Below are positions 10,192 to 19,867 of a stretch of DNA of 64,000 nucleotides, piece by piece. The position numbers and the translations under genes were made by a program. Numbering within the stretch: the first letter of the stretch is position 1; every line of letters starts with the position of its first letter. Below the pieces are notes generated by a model. It ran no database searches, had not been told where the DNA came from, and saw only the letters and a list, made by a program, of their open reading frames with translations. This DNA comes from a virus: IMG/VR virus record IMGVR_UViG_3300031963_012969; one strand, 5' to 3'.

Positions 10192-10751
10192 CTATATTTA
10201 ATGCTTCTTATGTTTATGTCACTCCATAAATTATTTTGAGTTTCGTCTTGATTTTGTGGCTGATCTCCAAATGCCGAATCAATACCTGTATCAATAGCGT
10301 TATTGATAGCCAATCCAGGTGTTGCAACACCAAATACGGTTCCAATATCTTTAGCAGATATATTCTTGATTCCTCCCCTTTCCTTCGCTATTGCAGTGGC
10401 TGTGTTCCATGGCTGAGTAAATGTATTACTCATTATCGACATTGCCTTATTTTTAATTGGCTGATTTGATTCTAATATGCCCCTATACCCTCTTGCCATT
10501 GATCCAATGCCTCCTGTAATTCCGCTACTTAGATTGCCAACGCTTTTTATTGTTTTTTGCGTTAATGGCTTTGCTGCACTAACGCCTTTTTGAATTGCGC
10601 TAGAAACTATTGGCTTGGCTGTATTTAATAAATTTTTTACACCAGCGGAAACAATTGGTTTTGCTGCAGAAAATGCGGCCCTGGCGGCTGGCACCACAAA
10701 TGCATTTTTTTGATTTAATTCATTAAAATAGATTTTTGAGTATTTATTCAT
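10188..10751 (-). CDS. Putative virion cargo protein (MNKY-leader family)
   Basis: Start moved to the ATG at 10751 (MNKYSKIYFNELNQKNAF), which removes the overlap with the upstream gene; AKP repeats. Confidence 0.55.
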   Translation of the reverse strand: MNKYSKIYFNELNQKNAFVVPAARAAFSAAKPIVSAGVKNLLNTAKPIVSSAIQKGVSAAKPLTQKTIKSVGNLSSGITGGIGSMARGYRGILESNQPIKNKAMSIMSNTFTQPWNTATAIAKERGGIKNISAKDIGTVFGVATPGLAINNAIDTGIDSAFGDQPQNQDETQNNLWSDINIRSIKYR

Positions 10752-10752
10752 A

Positions 10753-12960
10753 TTACTGAAGTACGTCTGTACCACTGGATGAGCTCTCTACAGCTCTTTG
10801 CTTAAGGAATAAAACAACTTTAGCTGTTGATTTTATTGTGGATAAAATTAAATCCTCAAAATCCGCCATTTCATCGATACCATATTCTTCTGCGAAGTCC
10901 GAATTGTGCCAATAAAATAAAAGAAGCAATCTGCACATTCTATCTAAGTTATCTACTAGTTCGGGGATATATTCCTGAACTATAGACTGAGACCTAGATG
11001 TTCTAACGATCACCCCTATCATTGCTGGGTCAAAAACCTGTCTAGAATTGCTATCGCTTGCTCTTTCCAAGAATTTCAAATCTTCATCAGTAATTTGATT
11101 CCATAAACCAATGTCCATGTCTGTTGCTGGCCTTGGTCCAGGGCTTGACTCAGTCATTTGAGTTCTCAATTGTTGCTGTGTTTGAACTGGAGTGCCATCC
11201 CTATTTACCCCAGCTGCACCGTCTGGGGTTTCAAAAGACGGGAACGCTAGTTTTTTATTTGTTCTTGGTAAGTACCACCCAGAAACTCTAGCCTTCTTTT
11301 TGTCAAATATCTCTGATGCCACTTTTTCTGAGTCTTGTTGAGAGAACCCAGCTCTATTCATTAAATCAACAACCACTTCGCTTTTGTCTCTATAGGACAA
11401 AGAAGAACCGTCAACAAATACGTTAATGTCGAATGCAGCAGATTTTTCTACCAAAATCTCTCCAGCTCCCCTACCAATTAACAAAGATTGAAGAGTTTTG
11501 TCATCACCTGGCTTGACGTCATTTATTTTGCTTGAGTCAAATTCTGGAGTCTTAACCTCAATAACCTTGCAACACTTAGGTACAAACACTACATTGCCTT
11601 TGGTGAACTCAGGCAATCCATGATCTTTATCTATTGATCTAAGGTACCCCTTATCCCCCCAGCAATGACCGCAACATCCAGACGACAAACAAGAAGAATT
11701 TCCACCATCGGTTAAGAAATTACTATTGCTGAATGGCACATAGTCTTGTTCGACAAGTACAGTTGTCCTTTTATTTTCTGTTATTTTGTTTGTAACATTA
11801 AATGGACCATAAACACTTAATTCATGATCTACCAAGAAATACTTTTTGCCAACAACACATGAATTAAGATCTTTTCCTGTATTTTTAAGAATTTCATCTT
11901 TCTCTTCTTTTGTTAGTTCCTGTGTGGTACCTGAATTAGACTTGTAGTAAACAGGCTGCTTTGCCCACTCCATATTTCCATTACTTGGGTCAATAACAAC
12001 CTGTGGAGAATAAGATTTGCCCATTGAATGCATGGACTGGTCATTTGATCCAGTATTGATCGCCCTTGCAGAAACAAAAACCATCGCCTTAATAATGTCG
12101 CCGTTATGGTTTAGAATATCATATAGACCAGTTTCGGTAACTTGACCAAATTCTTTTCTATAATCCCCTAAGTATAAATCGCTTTTATCCTTTTCGTCCC
12201 TGTTGTCGTCAATTCTATATCCATTTTTAATTATTTCAGTTTTTTCTTCTGTGGAAAGATTTGACAGCTTTAGCAGAGCGTCACCAGACTTAATCAACGT
12301 TATTGGGTCTTTTGTGTCTTCTTGCTTTGCCTCTTTTTTAGACTCAAAAGTTATCTTAAGGTCATCCAGTTCATAAAACTTAGATATATATGAAAATATT
12401 TCTGGAGTCTCAAGAGCGTATTTTATGAAATTATCATAATTCTCTTTTCCAGACTTTTGAAGAAAATCGATTAAATCACTATCAGTTTCAGATAGTGCCA
12501 TTTTTGTATCAATAAAGTCATCAACAGTTATGTCATAAAAATTCTCCAAAGATGCAGCTTTGCTGTTTGCACTAGCTGGTGGTCTTGAAAATATTCTTAA
12601 TGTGTTACTCGTTTCCCCATCTATTACAGGACTTTGTTTGGCTGGTTCACCAATGTCTTCTGGGTTTTGACCGGATAGATAGTTAACCCATTGTTCGTTG
12701 TTTGCTACAAATGTATCAGAATTTTTTAGATACATAACCTCCATTCCCTTTACCTTTCCATTAAGGAAAAATACTGGAATGTAGATTAGTTGTCCGCCTA
12801 ACTTGAAGCCCATTATACCAGCGGCTCTTGTGCCATCATCATTTTTGTCTATGATGTCAAAACCCAAGTAGTGGTTCAATAAGTTGGGGTTTTTTTCTGA
12901 TATTTTAGCTACTGCTATTTCGGATAAATTTTGTTCAACCTGTTGTAATGGAGTCGGCAT
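10753..12960 (-). CDS. Large hypothetical virion-associated protein
   Basis: 735 aa; domains separated by KAAS/KMAL/KEAK/KSAA/KVAS/KLAF. Confidence 0.6.
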   Translation of the reverse strand: MPTPLQQVEQNLSEIAVAKISEKNPNLLNHYLGFDIIDKNDDGTRAAGIMGFKLGGQLIYIPVFFLNGKVKGMEVMYLKNSDTFVANNEQWVNYLSGQNPEDIGEPAKQSPVIDGETSNTLRIFSRPPASANSKAASLENFYDITVDDFIDTKMALSETDSDLIDFLQKSGKENYDNFIKYALETPEIFSYISKFYELDDLKITFESKKEAKQEDTKDPITLIKSGDALLKLSNLSTEEKTEIIKNGYRIDDNRDEKDKSDLYLGDYRKEFGQVTETGLYDILNHNGDIIKAMVFVSARAINTGSNDQSMHSMGKSYSPQVVIDPSNGNMEWAKQPVYYKSNSGTTQELTKEEKDEILKNTGKDLNSCVVGKKYFLVDHELSVYGPFNVTNKITENKRTTVLVEQDYVPFSNSNFLTDGGNSSCLSSGCCGHCWGDKGYLRSIDKDHGLPEFTKGNVVFVPKCCKVIEVKTPEFDSSKINDVKPGDDKTLQSLLIGRGAGEILVEKSAAFDINVFVDGSSLSYRDKSEVVVDLMNRAGFSQQDSEKVASEIFDKKKARVSGWYLPRTNKKLAFPSFETPDGAAGVNRDGTPVQTQQQLRTQMTESSPGPRPATDMDIGLWNQITDEDLKFLERASDSNSRQVFDPAMIGVIVRTSRSQSIVQEYIPELVDNLDRMCRLLLLFYWHNSDFAEEYGIDEMADFEDLILSTIKSTAKVVLFLKQRAVESSSSGTDVLQ

Positions 12961-13016
12961 ATTTTTAGTTATTCTTACTGATAATCTTCACAAAAGAAAG
13001 AAGTTTTTTGTAATTA

Positions 13017-13039
13017 TTAGCTAGTAGCTAAAAAAAAGC
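13017..13039. repeat. 23-bp dispersed repeat with palindromic core, copy 1
   Basis: ttagctagtagctaaaaaaaagc, identical at 61170-61192; core TTAGCTA-G-TAGCTAA. Confidence 0.75.
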
Positions 13040-13066
13040 GAGAACATTTTGTGTTCTCGCTTTTTT
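13030..13066. terminator. Intrinsic terminator, potentially bidirectional
   Basis: A-tract, gcgagaaca / tgttctcgc stem, T-tract; lies directly after the small-gene cassette. Confidence 0.8.
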
Positions 13067-13069
13067 CGT

Positions 13070-13420
13070 TTAAAACATAGAAGCAATTGGATTTGCTTCT
13101 ATGTTTCGTTTTCTTATGTTTCGTACCTTATCTTTTATTGTTAAGATACTGTCTGGTTTTATTCCTAAGTTTATACATCTCATCGTTGCTGCCTCCTCTG
13201 CAAGAAACCATTGGTCCTCTGAGAGTACTACATTACTAAGCTCATTGATTAGAGTGAACAGGAAGACTAATATCTCCTTGTCTAATGAGCTCAATGATTC
13301 TTGACCTTTCTGTATTGAAGAGTGGTTGACAGCATCCAGCTCCAAAAGCTGGATAGATCTCCCAGTCTGGTACACTTTGCTTAATTTTTTGGTAATTTCC
13401 GCATTCATATACGGTAACAT
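13070..13420 (-). CDS. Hypothetical protein, start uncertain
   Basis: ORF ends just before the terminator but overlaps 13242-13529 heavily; probably only the 3' part is coding. Confidence 0.3.
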   Translation of the reverse strand: MLPYMNAEITKKLSKVYQTGRSIQLLELDAVNHSSIQKGQESLSSLDKEILVFLFTLINELSNVVLSEDQWFLAEEAATMRCINLGIKPDSILTIKDKVRNIRKRNIEANPIASMF

Positions 13421-13529
13421 TTTTTATGTGATGTTTTACTTTGAGATGTTTGCATTTTGTTTTATCATTATTCCATTCGCCGTAAGCGCATGGAATCCGA
13501 CAACAATGGCCGGATCCCATGCAACTCAT
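13242..13529 (-). CDS. Small Cys-rich protein, similar to CxxCxxCC Zn/Fe-chelating proteins
   Basis: MSCMGSGHCCRIPC...KCKHL...YECGNY...GAGCC; ATGA overlap with the upstream ORF. Confidence 0.55.
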   Translation of the reverse strand: MSCMGSGHCCRIPCAYGEWNNDKTKCKHLKVKHHIKNVTVYECGNYQKIKQSVPDWEIYPAFGAGCCQPLFNTERSRIIELIRQGDISLPVHSNQ

Positions 13530-13714
13530 TTTGGTATTTCTCCTGGCATCCTAGCACTATTCATCATTGCGCTATTACAGACTGGACACTTATATATTCC
13601 AGGCCATGTATAGCTCTGAACTATTCTATCAATTGGGCAATAATATATGTATATCATTGATGCCATGCAAGCACTTGTTGATAATGCTATTACACTTAAT
13701 ATAAATGTTTTCAT
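13526..13714 (-). CDS. Small protein with signal-peptide-like N-terminus and CPID/CPVC Zn-ribbon-like motifs
   Basis: Likely start MKTFILSVIALSTSACMA at 13714. Confidence 0.5.
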   Translation of the reverse strand: MKTFILSVIALSTSACMASMIYIYYCPIDRIVQSYTWPGIYKCPVCNSAMMNSARMPGEIPK

Positions 13715-13721
13715 ATTAATA

Positions 13722-13928
13722 TTAATTTTTATTGTTATCTTTTTCGGTAATAAATAAAGTAAAACCATAAATGGCTGTAAGTACTAGTACCCAGAACATC
13801 AATGGTAGAACCAGACTTATTACTTTTATTAAAGCCTTTATAGCTATAACTATTATTAAAGCAATAAACGCAATTTTTGAAATTGCCTTTATTACTGTGA
13901 TTACTGTGATCACTTCTTCTTTTTTCAT
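13722..13928 (-). CDS. Small membrane protein
   Basis: 68 aa, almost entirely hydrophobic; first gene after the repeated promoter-like motif. Confidence 0.5.
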   Translation of the reverse strand: MKKEEVITVITVIKAISKIAFIALIIVIAIKALIKVISLVLPLMFWVLVLTAIYGFTLFITEKDNNKN

Positions 13929-13962
13929 AGGATTTATGATTTATAGAATGAGGTACATCCTA

Positions 13963-14002
13963 CAATATATTATGGCTTTTATTTGTATTGTTTTAGGTAC
14001 CC
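13963..14002 (-). promoter_or_regulatory. Putative phage-specific promoter, copy 1
   Basis: Minus strand GGGTACC-N19-GCCATAATATATTG; both boxes recur at 26968-27006. Confidence 0.6.
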
Positions 14003-14014
14003 ATACATAAATAT

Positions 14015-14047
14015 AAAACACAACCACAATAAACATGGTTGTGTTTT
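14015..14047. terminator. Hairpin/terminator downstream of the oxygenase gene
   Basis: 12-bp inverted repeat aaaacacaacca / tggttgtgtttt. Confidence 0.55.
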
Positions 14048-14070
14048 ACTTTGGAGGGAAATTTATTTTA

Positions 14071-14661
14071 TTATCTAAAATGATTGCCGCCAACCCATAA
14101 TACTAGACTTTTTCTTATCCCAGACACTACTGGCGTAACCCTATGTAGCAAATAAGACGGAAATAAAATAACTGCACCTTTGTCTTTTGGCAAGTCTTGT
14201 GACATTGATGACTTCATTATTTGTAAAACTCCACCTTCGTATTCGGTTGGATCAGATAACTGTACAACCATACTTAATTTTCTTCTTGAAGTTAATCCTG
14301 GACCCAAGTCAAGATGCCAACCAAAATGACCGCCACCTCCCAGATACTTTGTATATTGTATCGATTCATTTATACAATGAATATCAAAGTTCCATAAATC
14401 TTTGTTTGCTCTAAATGCGAGGTCGATCATTTTATCATATAGCCACACAAAATTAGGATCTTCTTGGGGGATCCAACTAATTTTACTGTTTCTATGTTGC
14501 AAATTGGGTTTATCTGCACCGTAAGTAACAGCATCCTGAGTCTCGACCCCTGAGAGTGATTCTTCAATTTTCTGTATTTCTTCTAAAGAAAACCCTGTTT
14601 TATACCAATACCAATTAGAAATATCTATATCTTTTTGAGGAAAAATTGCTCTTTTGTCCAT
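14071..14661 (-). CDS. 2OG-Fe(II) oxygenase (prolyl-4-hydroxylase/PKHD-type)
   Basis: HxD (WHLD), RKLS, YEGG, distal His in LLHRVTPV, R-x-S in GIRKSLV. Confidence 0.9.
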   Translation of the reverse strand: MDKRAIFPQKDIDISNWYWYKTGFSLEEIQKIEESLSGVETQDAVTYGADKPNLQHRNSKISWIPQEDPNFVWLYDKMIDLAFRANKDLWNFDIHCINESIQYTKYLGGGGHFGWHLDLGPGLTSRRKLSMVVQLSDPTEYEGGVLQIMKSSMSQDLPKDKGAVILFPSYLLHRVTPVVSGIRKSLVLWVGGNHFR

Positions 14662-14725
14662 ATATTTAATGTTGTTGTGTTTTATTAATTGGGTATATAT
14701 AAAAAATAATTTAATTCAAGTGTTT

Positions 14726-16582
14726 TTAATAACCAATTACATTCTTTGGCGGTTTACCAAATTCTTTGCCGTACGCTAATCCTGGTAACGGATTAGTACC
14801 ATGTATATTAGATGTTACGTCACCCTTTATGATATTTTTCTTTAAATTTTTTTGAACATAAGATGTTCCAAGTTGAGACATCCAATCTTTATCGTGAGAT
14901 GGATTCTCCATTAATCTAACCATATTTGGCTTAAAGCTTGGTTCGTGATCTGAAACCAAAACTTGTTTTTCCTCCATGTCATTCAATTCCTTCGCTACAC
15001 TTTTAGTGATCTTTGTTCCAATGCTATAATTTAGTACTGGTGCTTCTAGAAATTTTCCAATAGCTTTTTGTGGCTCCAAATTTAATGAATCTTGCCTAGG
15101 AACATAGCTTTTACTGAAAGAGCTATACTCTACAACCTCATCCGGTAAGTAATGACTAGATTCATCAGCATCAGTAACTGTAACGTGATCAACAACGGCT
15201 CTAGCTACTAACTCAGCATTTCTCCTGGATACATCTATACCATTATCTTTGAATGTATCCTGTATTTGCTTCAGTAAGCTTAATCTTCCAGCACCAATAC
15301 CCTTTAATCTTACTACGTCAGCTGGGTTCATCAATCCGCTTGACAGTCTGTCTCCTGGTTCTACCGTGTCTCCCCTTTTTACTAAAATTTGGTGATCTGG
15401 GGATACATAGTGTTCTTTTCCAGATACAATAATACTTGATCCGCCTTGAGGTAATTTATCTACTCTATCAACTACGCCATCCGTCTCAGAAATAGAAGCT
15501 TTGTCTGGAAAAGTTTCCGGTACCTGAAATAGTGCGTTTATTGCTTTAAAGCCAGTTACTTTTGCCACATTGGCTACGCCAGCTGAGTGCTTAGTGGAAA
15601 GAAGACTTTGGCTAAGTGGCTCCGTTAATGCACTTGCAGCAGAAAGACCAACGGCATCCGATAAACTTGGCAACGTCCCACGCTCTCTGATACCACAGCA
15701 CTTTGAGCATACACCGTTGTGCGCGTTGCACGTCATTGCAGACCTAACCAATATTTTGCTTTTTCCCTGTTTTTGTATATCTTTTATAATTTTGGGGGTA
15801 ATCAATGTGCCCGCAGGATATCCAGAAATGCCCTTAGCCAAAACAGATCCAGCATTGTCCTTGTCATCAATTGTAACTGGAATACCTGAAGAAGTTTTGC
15901 AGTCGTCTTCAGTGACCAATAAATCCATGGCAGCTGCATTTATCTGTTTCGCTAAAAACCCAGAATTTTGAGTGGAGAATTTTGTAGCTATCAATCCGGC
16001 TCTAGTTCCATAACTAGCAGCGAAGTATTCAGCTGGGGTCATCCCTTGCGTGTAGGAACTTTTTATTCCTATAGGGACTGGAGTATTTGTTTGGTCCATA
16101 ACCAAGAAGTCGGCACCTATATTACTATTTAATTGACTCTTGTTTCCTCTTGCTCCAGATGCAACCATTTTTGCCAAATTTGAACCCCTTTTAAGAGACG
16201 CGTCAAATATCATATCTGGCATTTTTGATGAATATTTGTTGTACAACTTAATTAACTTATTTTCCTTCTCTTCCTGTGTCAAAGTTTTGTCCGAAAAAAT
16301 ACTATTTTCTTCGGTCGTAACTTGGTCCATCAAACTTTTTTTATCTATAGGAGATTCAAGGTCTTTCATCGAGAAAGAGCTTCCAGTCTCCACCGCCCCT
16401 TTAGATCCTAGTCTAAGTAACTTAAAAGATATATCTCTATATTTTTCTGGTTCGTTTTCGGCTATTCTTTGTAGGACATCTTTAACCTCTTTGCTACCAA
16501 TAGGCCTATCGTCAGGAATATCATTTCTGAACCCTTCTGGGACAATAGAATTAAAAATAAGTCTAGCTACTGTAGTAGTCAT
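14726..16582 (-). CDS. DNA-directed RNA polymerase beta' subunit, C-terminal part (phage-encoded)
   Basis: SGARGN; bridge helix GLIATKFSTQNSGFLAKQI; Zn site DDC..RSAMTC...VCSKCCG; trigger loop EPLSQSLLSTKHSAG. Confidence 0.92.
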   Translation of the reverse strand: MTTTVARLIFNSIVPEGFRNDIPDDRPIGSKEVKDVLQRIAENEPEKYRDISFKLLRLGSKGAVETGSSFSMKDLESPIDKKSLMDQVTTEENSIFSDKTLTQEEKENKLIKLYNKYSSKMPDMIFDASLKRGSNLAKMVASGARGNKSQLNSNIGADFLVMDQTNTPVPIGIKSSYTQGMTPAEYFAASYGTRAGLIATKFSTQNSGFLAKQINAAAMDLLVTEDDCKTSSGIPVTIDDKDNAGSVLAKGISGYPAGTLITPKIIKDIQKQGKSKILVRSAMTCNAHNGVCSKCCGIRERGTLPSLSDAVGLSAASALTEPLSQSLLSTKHSAGVANVAKVTGFKAINALFQVPETFPDKASISETDGVVDRVDKLPQGGSSIIVSGKEHYVSPDHQILVKRGDTVEPGDRLSSGLMNPADVVRLKGIGAGRLSLLKQIQDTFKDNGIDVSRRNAELVARAVVDHVTVTDADESSHYLPDEVVEYSSFSKSYVPRQDSLNLEPQKAIGKFLEAPVLNYSIGTKITKSVAKELNDMEEKQVLVSDHEPSFKPNMVRLMENPSHDKDWMSQLGTSYVQKNLKKNIIKGDVTSNIHGTNPLPGLAYGKEFGKPPKNVIGY

Positions 16583-16592
16583 TTAAAGTAAA

Positions 16593-17897
16593 CTATACCC
16601 TATGGTAATATATACACTCAAGTCCCTTATTTTTGTCATACAAAAAAGCTTGAGCACACCTATTTGATGTAACATACCCAGAGTTGCTATGCCAAGCATC
16701 AGGTGCAGATAAACTTGGAATAACTCTTGCTATCACTCCACCCTCTTCAATTGAAGACTCTCTATGTAAATGGCCAAGATGCCACTCACAATAAACTGTT
16801 TTTCCCCACAGCTCTCTTTGTTCAACTTGAGCTATTCTAGTGAGTTGATTTAATTTTATTTTATCTCCGTGAGTGAAACACAAAAGCGTATTTCCAACTG
16901 CATGATATTTTCTAGATGTAGCTGCATTATCTATTGATATGGTTTTAGAACCCTTGAAAAATGCTCCAAGGAACTCACCTAAATAAAAAGTTCTCTCTAT
17001 GTCGTGGTTTCCTGGAACTATAATAACCTTTACTGGTGCAATTGAGTTGCATTGATTTATTGCCCATGTAGACAATTCACAACCTCTTCTAAAAGATTTT
17101 TGCCAACGACTATCTTCGTTCTGTGGAGTTCCATTACCTGTAGTATTTTCCTTGTTATTTACATTAAAGAAATCATTACCTATTGGTAGAATTATCTCCG
17201 ATATTTTTTCGCCTTTGACTTTATCTAAAAAATCCAGCAAAGCTGATCTAAATTTTTCTATAGCCTCTGCAGAATTATAATTACTGTGTCCTGTTTCTTC
17301 TTCCCAAGCAAGTTTCCCCAAGTGTAGATCTGGGATTGAAATTTCAAAAACCTTTCCACCAGAAACATTGTGCTTCTTTTGTGTAGTTAAAGAATTTTTT
17401 ATGCCAGATATACAGCTATTAAAAATATCCGAAATGTTTTCTCGAGTTAATTGATTTCTTTTGAGCTGTGCTTTTACTTGGTACAAGTTCTTAGTTACAA
17501 CGTCTCCGTCCTTTGATTTCATTCCAACTGGCCAAGTGTTAGCTGTCCACCTTTCGATTTGCCATTTTTTTAGGTCTATATTACAGGCGCTAATCAAGTC
17601 CTCCAATGTTTTAATATCTTCTGTTACCGACTCTGCCTCCATTTCGTTCTCGTCTCCAACGCATCTAGTTTTGCTTTGTTTTTGAGGTACATGTTGTAAT
17701 CCTTCCTTGGCGAACTCAAACGATTGTGAAAATTTTTCAAATAAATTAGATGAAGGTCTAAGTGCGTGTTCCACAGAGCTAAAACTACGCATTAATTTTT
17801 TTGCTATTTTGTCATACGTCAGACCATTGTTTTTGTAGTTGCAGGCTTTTTCAAACTCGTTTTTTGTCCAGGATGTGTTGTTTTTTTTGTTTATCAT
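16593..17897 (-). CDS. Calcineurin-like metallophosphoesterase with N-terminal HTH
   Basis: DLHLG, GND, PGNHD, THGD and GHLH motifs; N-terminal WT..E......GLTYDKIAKKLMRS. Confidence 0.85.
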   Translation of the reverse strand: MINKKNNTSWTKNEFEKACNYKNNGLTYDKIAKKLMRSFSSVEHALRPSSNLFEKFSQSFEFAKEGLQHVPQKQSKTRCVGDENEMEAESVTEDIKTLEDLISACNIDLKKWQIERWTANTWPVGMKSKDGDVVTKNLYQVKAQLKRNQLTRENISDIFNSCISGIKNSLTTQKKHNVSGGKVFEISIPDLHLGKLAWEEETGHSNYNSAEAIEKFRSALLDFLDKVKGEKISEIILPIGNDFFNVNNKENTTGNGTPQNEDSRWQKSFRRGCELSTWAINQCNSIAPVKVIIVPGNHDIERTFYLGEFLGAFFKGSKTISIDNAATSRKYHAVGNTLLCFTHGDKIKLNQLTRIAQVEQRELWGKTVYCEWHLGHLHRESSIEEGGVIARVIPSLSAPDAWHSNSGYVTSNRCAQAFLYDKNKGLECIYYHRV

Positions 17898-17898
17898 C

Positions 17899-18123
17899 TT
17901 ATTGTTCTTTTATTTTTATACCTAAATTTTTAGCCACTTGGTCAAAATCTTCCTGATCATCTCTTGATATAATCATTACTGGGCTTGGAGGCATTAACAA
18001 TACTAACGCAACAAGGGTATTTGTATTATCCCTTATCTCTATTGTTTTAACCTCTTTTGTATCTAGCAGTGGCTCTTCTAGGGGGTTATTTTTTGCAATA
18101 ACTCTCAAAGAATAATCTGGCAT
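17899..18123 (-). CDS. Hypothetical protein
   Basis: 74 aa ORF packed in the operon. Confidence 0.55.
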   Translation of the reverse strand: MPDYSLRVIAKNNPLEEPLLDTKEVKTIEIRDNTNTLVALVLLMPPSPVMIISRDDQEDFDQVAKNLGIKIKEQ

Positions 18124-18128
18124 GTTTT

Positions 18129-18587
18129 TTATTGTGCTGGTTGTACCTCAGTATTTGCTTGAGCCTGTTGATCGGCTGAAGCAGATTGCTGCTCTTGTTG
18201 AGCTGCTGCTTGCTGTGGATCTGCACCAGTTATTTGTGCCATCATTTGCTCTATTTGGTCAAGTCTTTCTTGAACACTTTTTTTCTTTTCCCCCTTACCA
18301 CCCATTTTCATTGCCTGTAATTCCATACCAATTTGTTGAACAATTTGCATTGTTTGCTGCTGCATTTGTGCTAACTGCTCTAGCCCTCCCTGTATTAATT
18401 GTGCAAGCTCTGGAAATCCTATCTGAGGCTGACCATCAGTTCCTGGAGCTGGTGGAGGTGGCTGAGGAATTGATCCTTCTTGTTGAGCCTGTGCTATTGC
18501 TTGTTGTGTTTGGGGAGAGGACACAAAAGCTTTTTTATCTATCTTGTTTAATATTTCGTTTAATAACTCTGTATTAAAATTTAACAT
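18129..18587 (-). CDS. Q/P-rich putative virion protein
   Basis: 152 aa; leader ends at DKKAF, followed by low-complexity Q-rich sequence. Confidence 0.55.
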   Translation of the reverse strand: MLNFNTELLNEILNKIDKKAFVSSPQTQQAIAQAQQEGSIPQPPPPAPGTDGQPQIGFPELAQLIQGGLEQLAQMQQQTMQIVQQIGMELQAMKMGGKGEKKKSVQERLDQIEQMMAQITGADPQQAAAQQEQQSASADQQAQANTEVQPAQ

Positions 18588-18598
18588 ATATTTATTCC

Positions 18599-19216
18599 TT
18601 ATCTAAAAAGTAACCTACAGGTCATAAATTCTCCTGGGGATGTGTCGGCTACAGAAATTACCTTCAATCTTATTTGATCCTGTGGGTAAAATTCTTTTTC
18701 TTTTGTAAAAATCTCGTAATAAAATAACTTACTATCTTCTATTATAGTTTCATTTATAGTTGAGTTTGTATTCTCCTCTTTTAGTTGTATTACAGTAGAG
18801 CCGCCAACTGGGCTCATAAAAAAACTTACCTGCATTCCGTAACAGATCAATGATTGTGTCCCAGGTATGTCAAAATAACCAAAAGTTTTCCCAGCAAATA
18901 AAGCTCCAGGAAAATAAAAATCTACAAATCCAGGGGCCGAAGCAGAACCAGATGTAGTTCCTGGACCGGCACTCAGTGTTACTAATGAATTTATTGGTCT
19001 CCATACCACATTTCCGTCTAAGTCTAGTGTCGGAACCCAACCCTCGGTAGCCAAAGAAGATGGCTGACTTATGAACTCTTTCCAAACCTTACCGCCATCT
19101 TTTGTGTATTGTATAGAAAGAGACCCAGAGGAGGGGTTCCTATAAAATCTAGTTTTTTGGCTATCGACCAATGGGTTTGGTATAAAATGTTGGTCCCCTA
19201 AAATTGGATCTGGCAT
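18599..19216 (-). CDS. Hypothetical protein
   Basis: 205 aa ORF with a beta-rich C-terminus. Confidence 0.55.
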   Translation of the reverse strand: MPDPILGDQHFIPNPLVDSQKTRFYRNPSSGSLSIQYTKDGGKVWKEFISQPSSLATEGWVPTLDLDGNVVWRPINSLVTLSAGPGTTSGSASAPGFVDFYFPGALFAGKTFGYFDIPGTQSLICYGMQVSFFMSPVGGSTVIQLKEENTNSTINETIIEDSKLFYYEIFTKEKEFYPQDQIRLKVISVADTSPGEFMTCRLLFR

Positions 19217-19219
19217 ACC

Positions 19220-19867
19220 TTAAATATTGAATAATTTTTTAATTAAACCCTTTGGTTTTTCTTCTTGTTTACTTAAATCCTCTGATTCTTCTTCTGGAAG
19301 ATCTATTACCCCCACATTCAAATCAGTGTCTTGATTTGGTCTCTTTCTAAGACTTGTGCTAACCCTAATAACTTTCCCTTCCCCTACCCTCTTGGCCGCT
19401 CTACTCATGTTTAATATCATGGGGATTAAAGCAGCAGTCCCAAGTACCCCAGCTCCACCAATAATTGTTTTTTCTGTGGGGGACAATTTATCTAGGAATG
19501 GTTTTCTTATATGTTCTTGTGTTTTTGCAATTTCATCTTGTGATTTTTGCAGTCCATGTAATGCAGGAATCGCTGCTAGAGCCACATCTTTTGTGGGTGC
19601 CAATAGAACAGTTCCAAGTCCTTTTGTTACATCACCTTTTCTAATTAGATTACCACCAAGGGCTCCCGTAAGTAGATTGACTACACCGAGCCCAATTCTG
19701 GATGGGGTTACATCGCTATAGTTGTCTTTATTCTGAAGGTAATCCAGTCCGCCAGCGGTTACACCACCTGTAATTAATGGGGTAAGCAAATTCTTAGCAA
19801 CAGATGCATTTTTACCAAATAACACTGAGGGCTTCGTATTCATTTTTATATTATGCACTAATTTCAA
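19220..19867 (-). CDS. Putative virion protein with glycine-zipper hydrophobic segments
   Basis: GKNAS leader end; LITGGVTAGG, GLGVVNLLTGALGG, IIGGAGVLGTAALIP; true start may be the second Met. Confidence 0.55.
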   Translation of the reverse strand: MKLVHNIKMNTKPSVLFGKNASVAKNLLTPLITGGVTAGGLDYLQNKDNYSDVTPSRIGLGVVNLLTGALGGNLIRKGDVTKGLGTVLLAPTKDVALAAIPALHGLQKSQDEIAKTQEHIRKPFLDKLSPTEKTIIGGAGVLGTAALIPMILNMSRAAKRVGEGKVIRVSTSLRKRPNQDTDLNVGVIDLPEEESEDLSKQEEKPKGLIKKLFNI

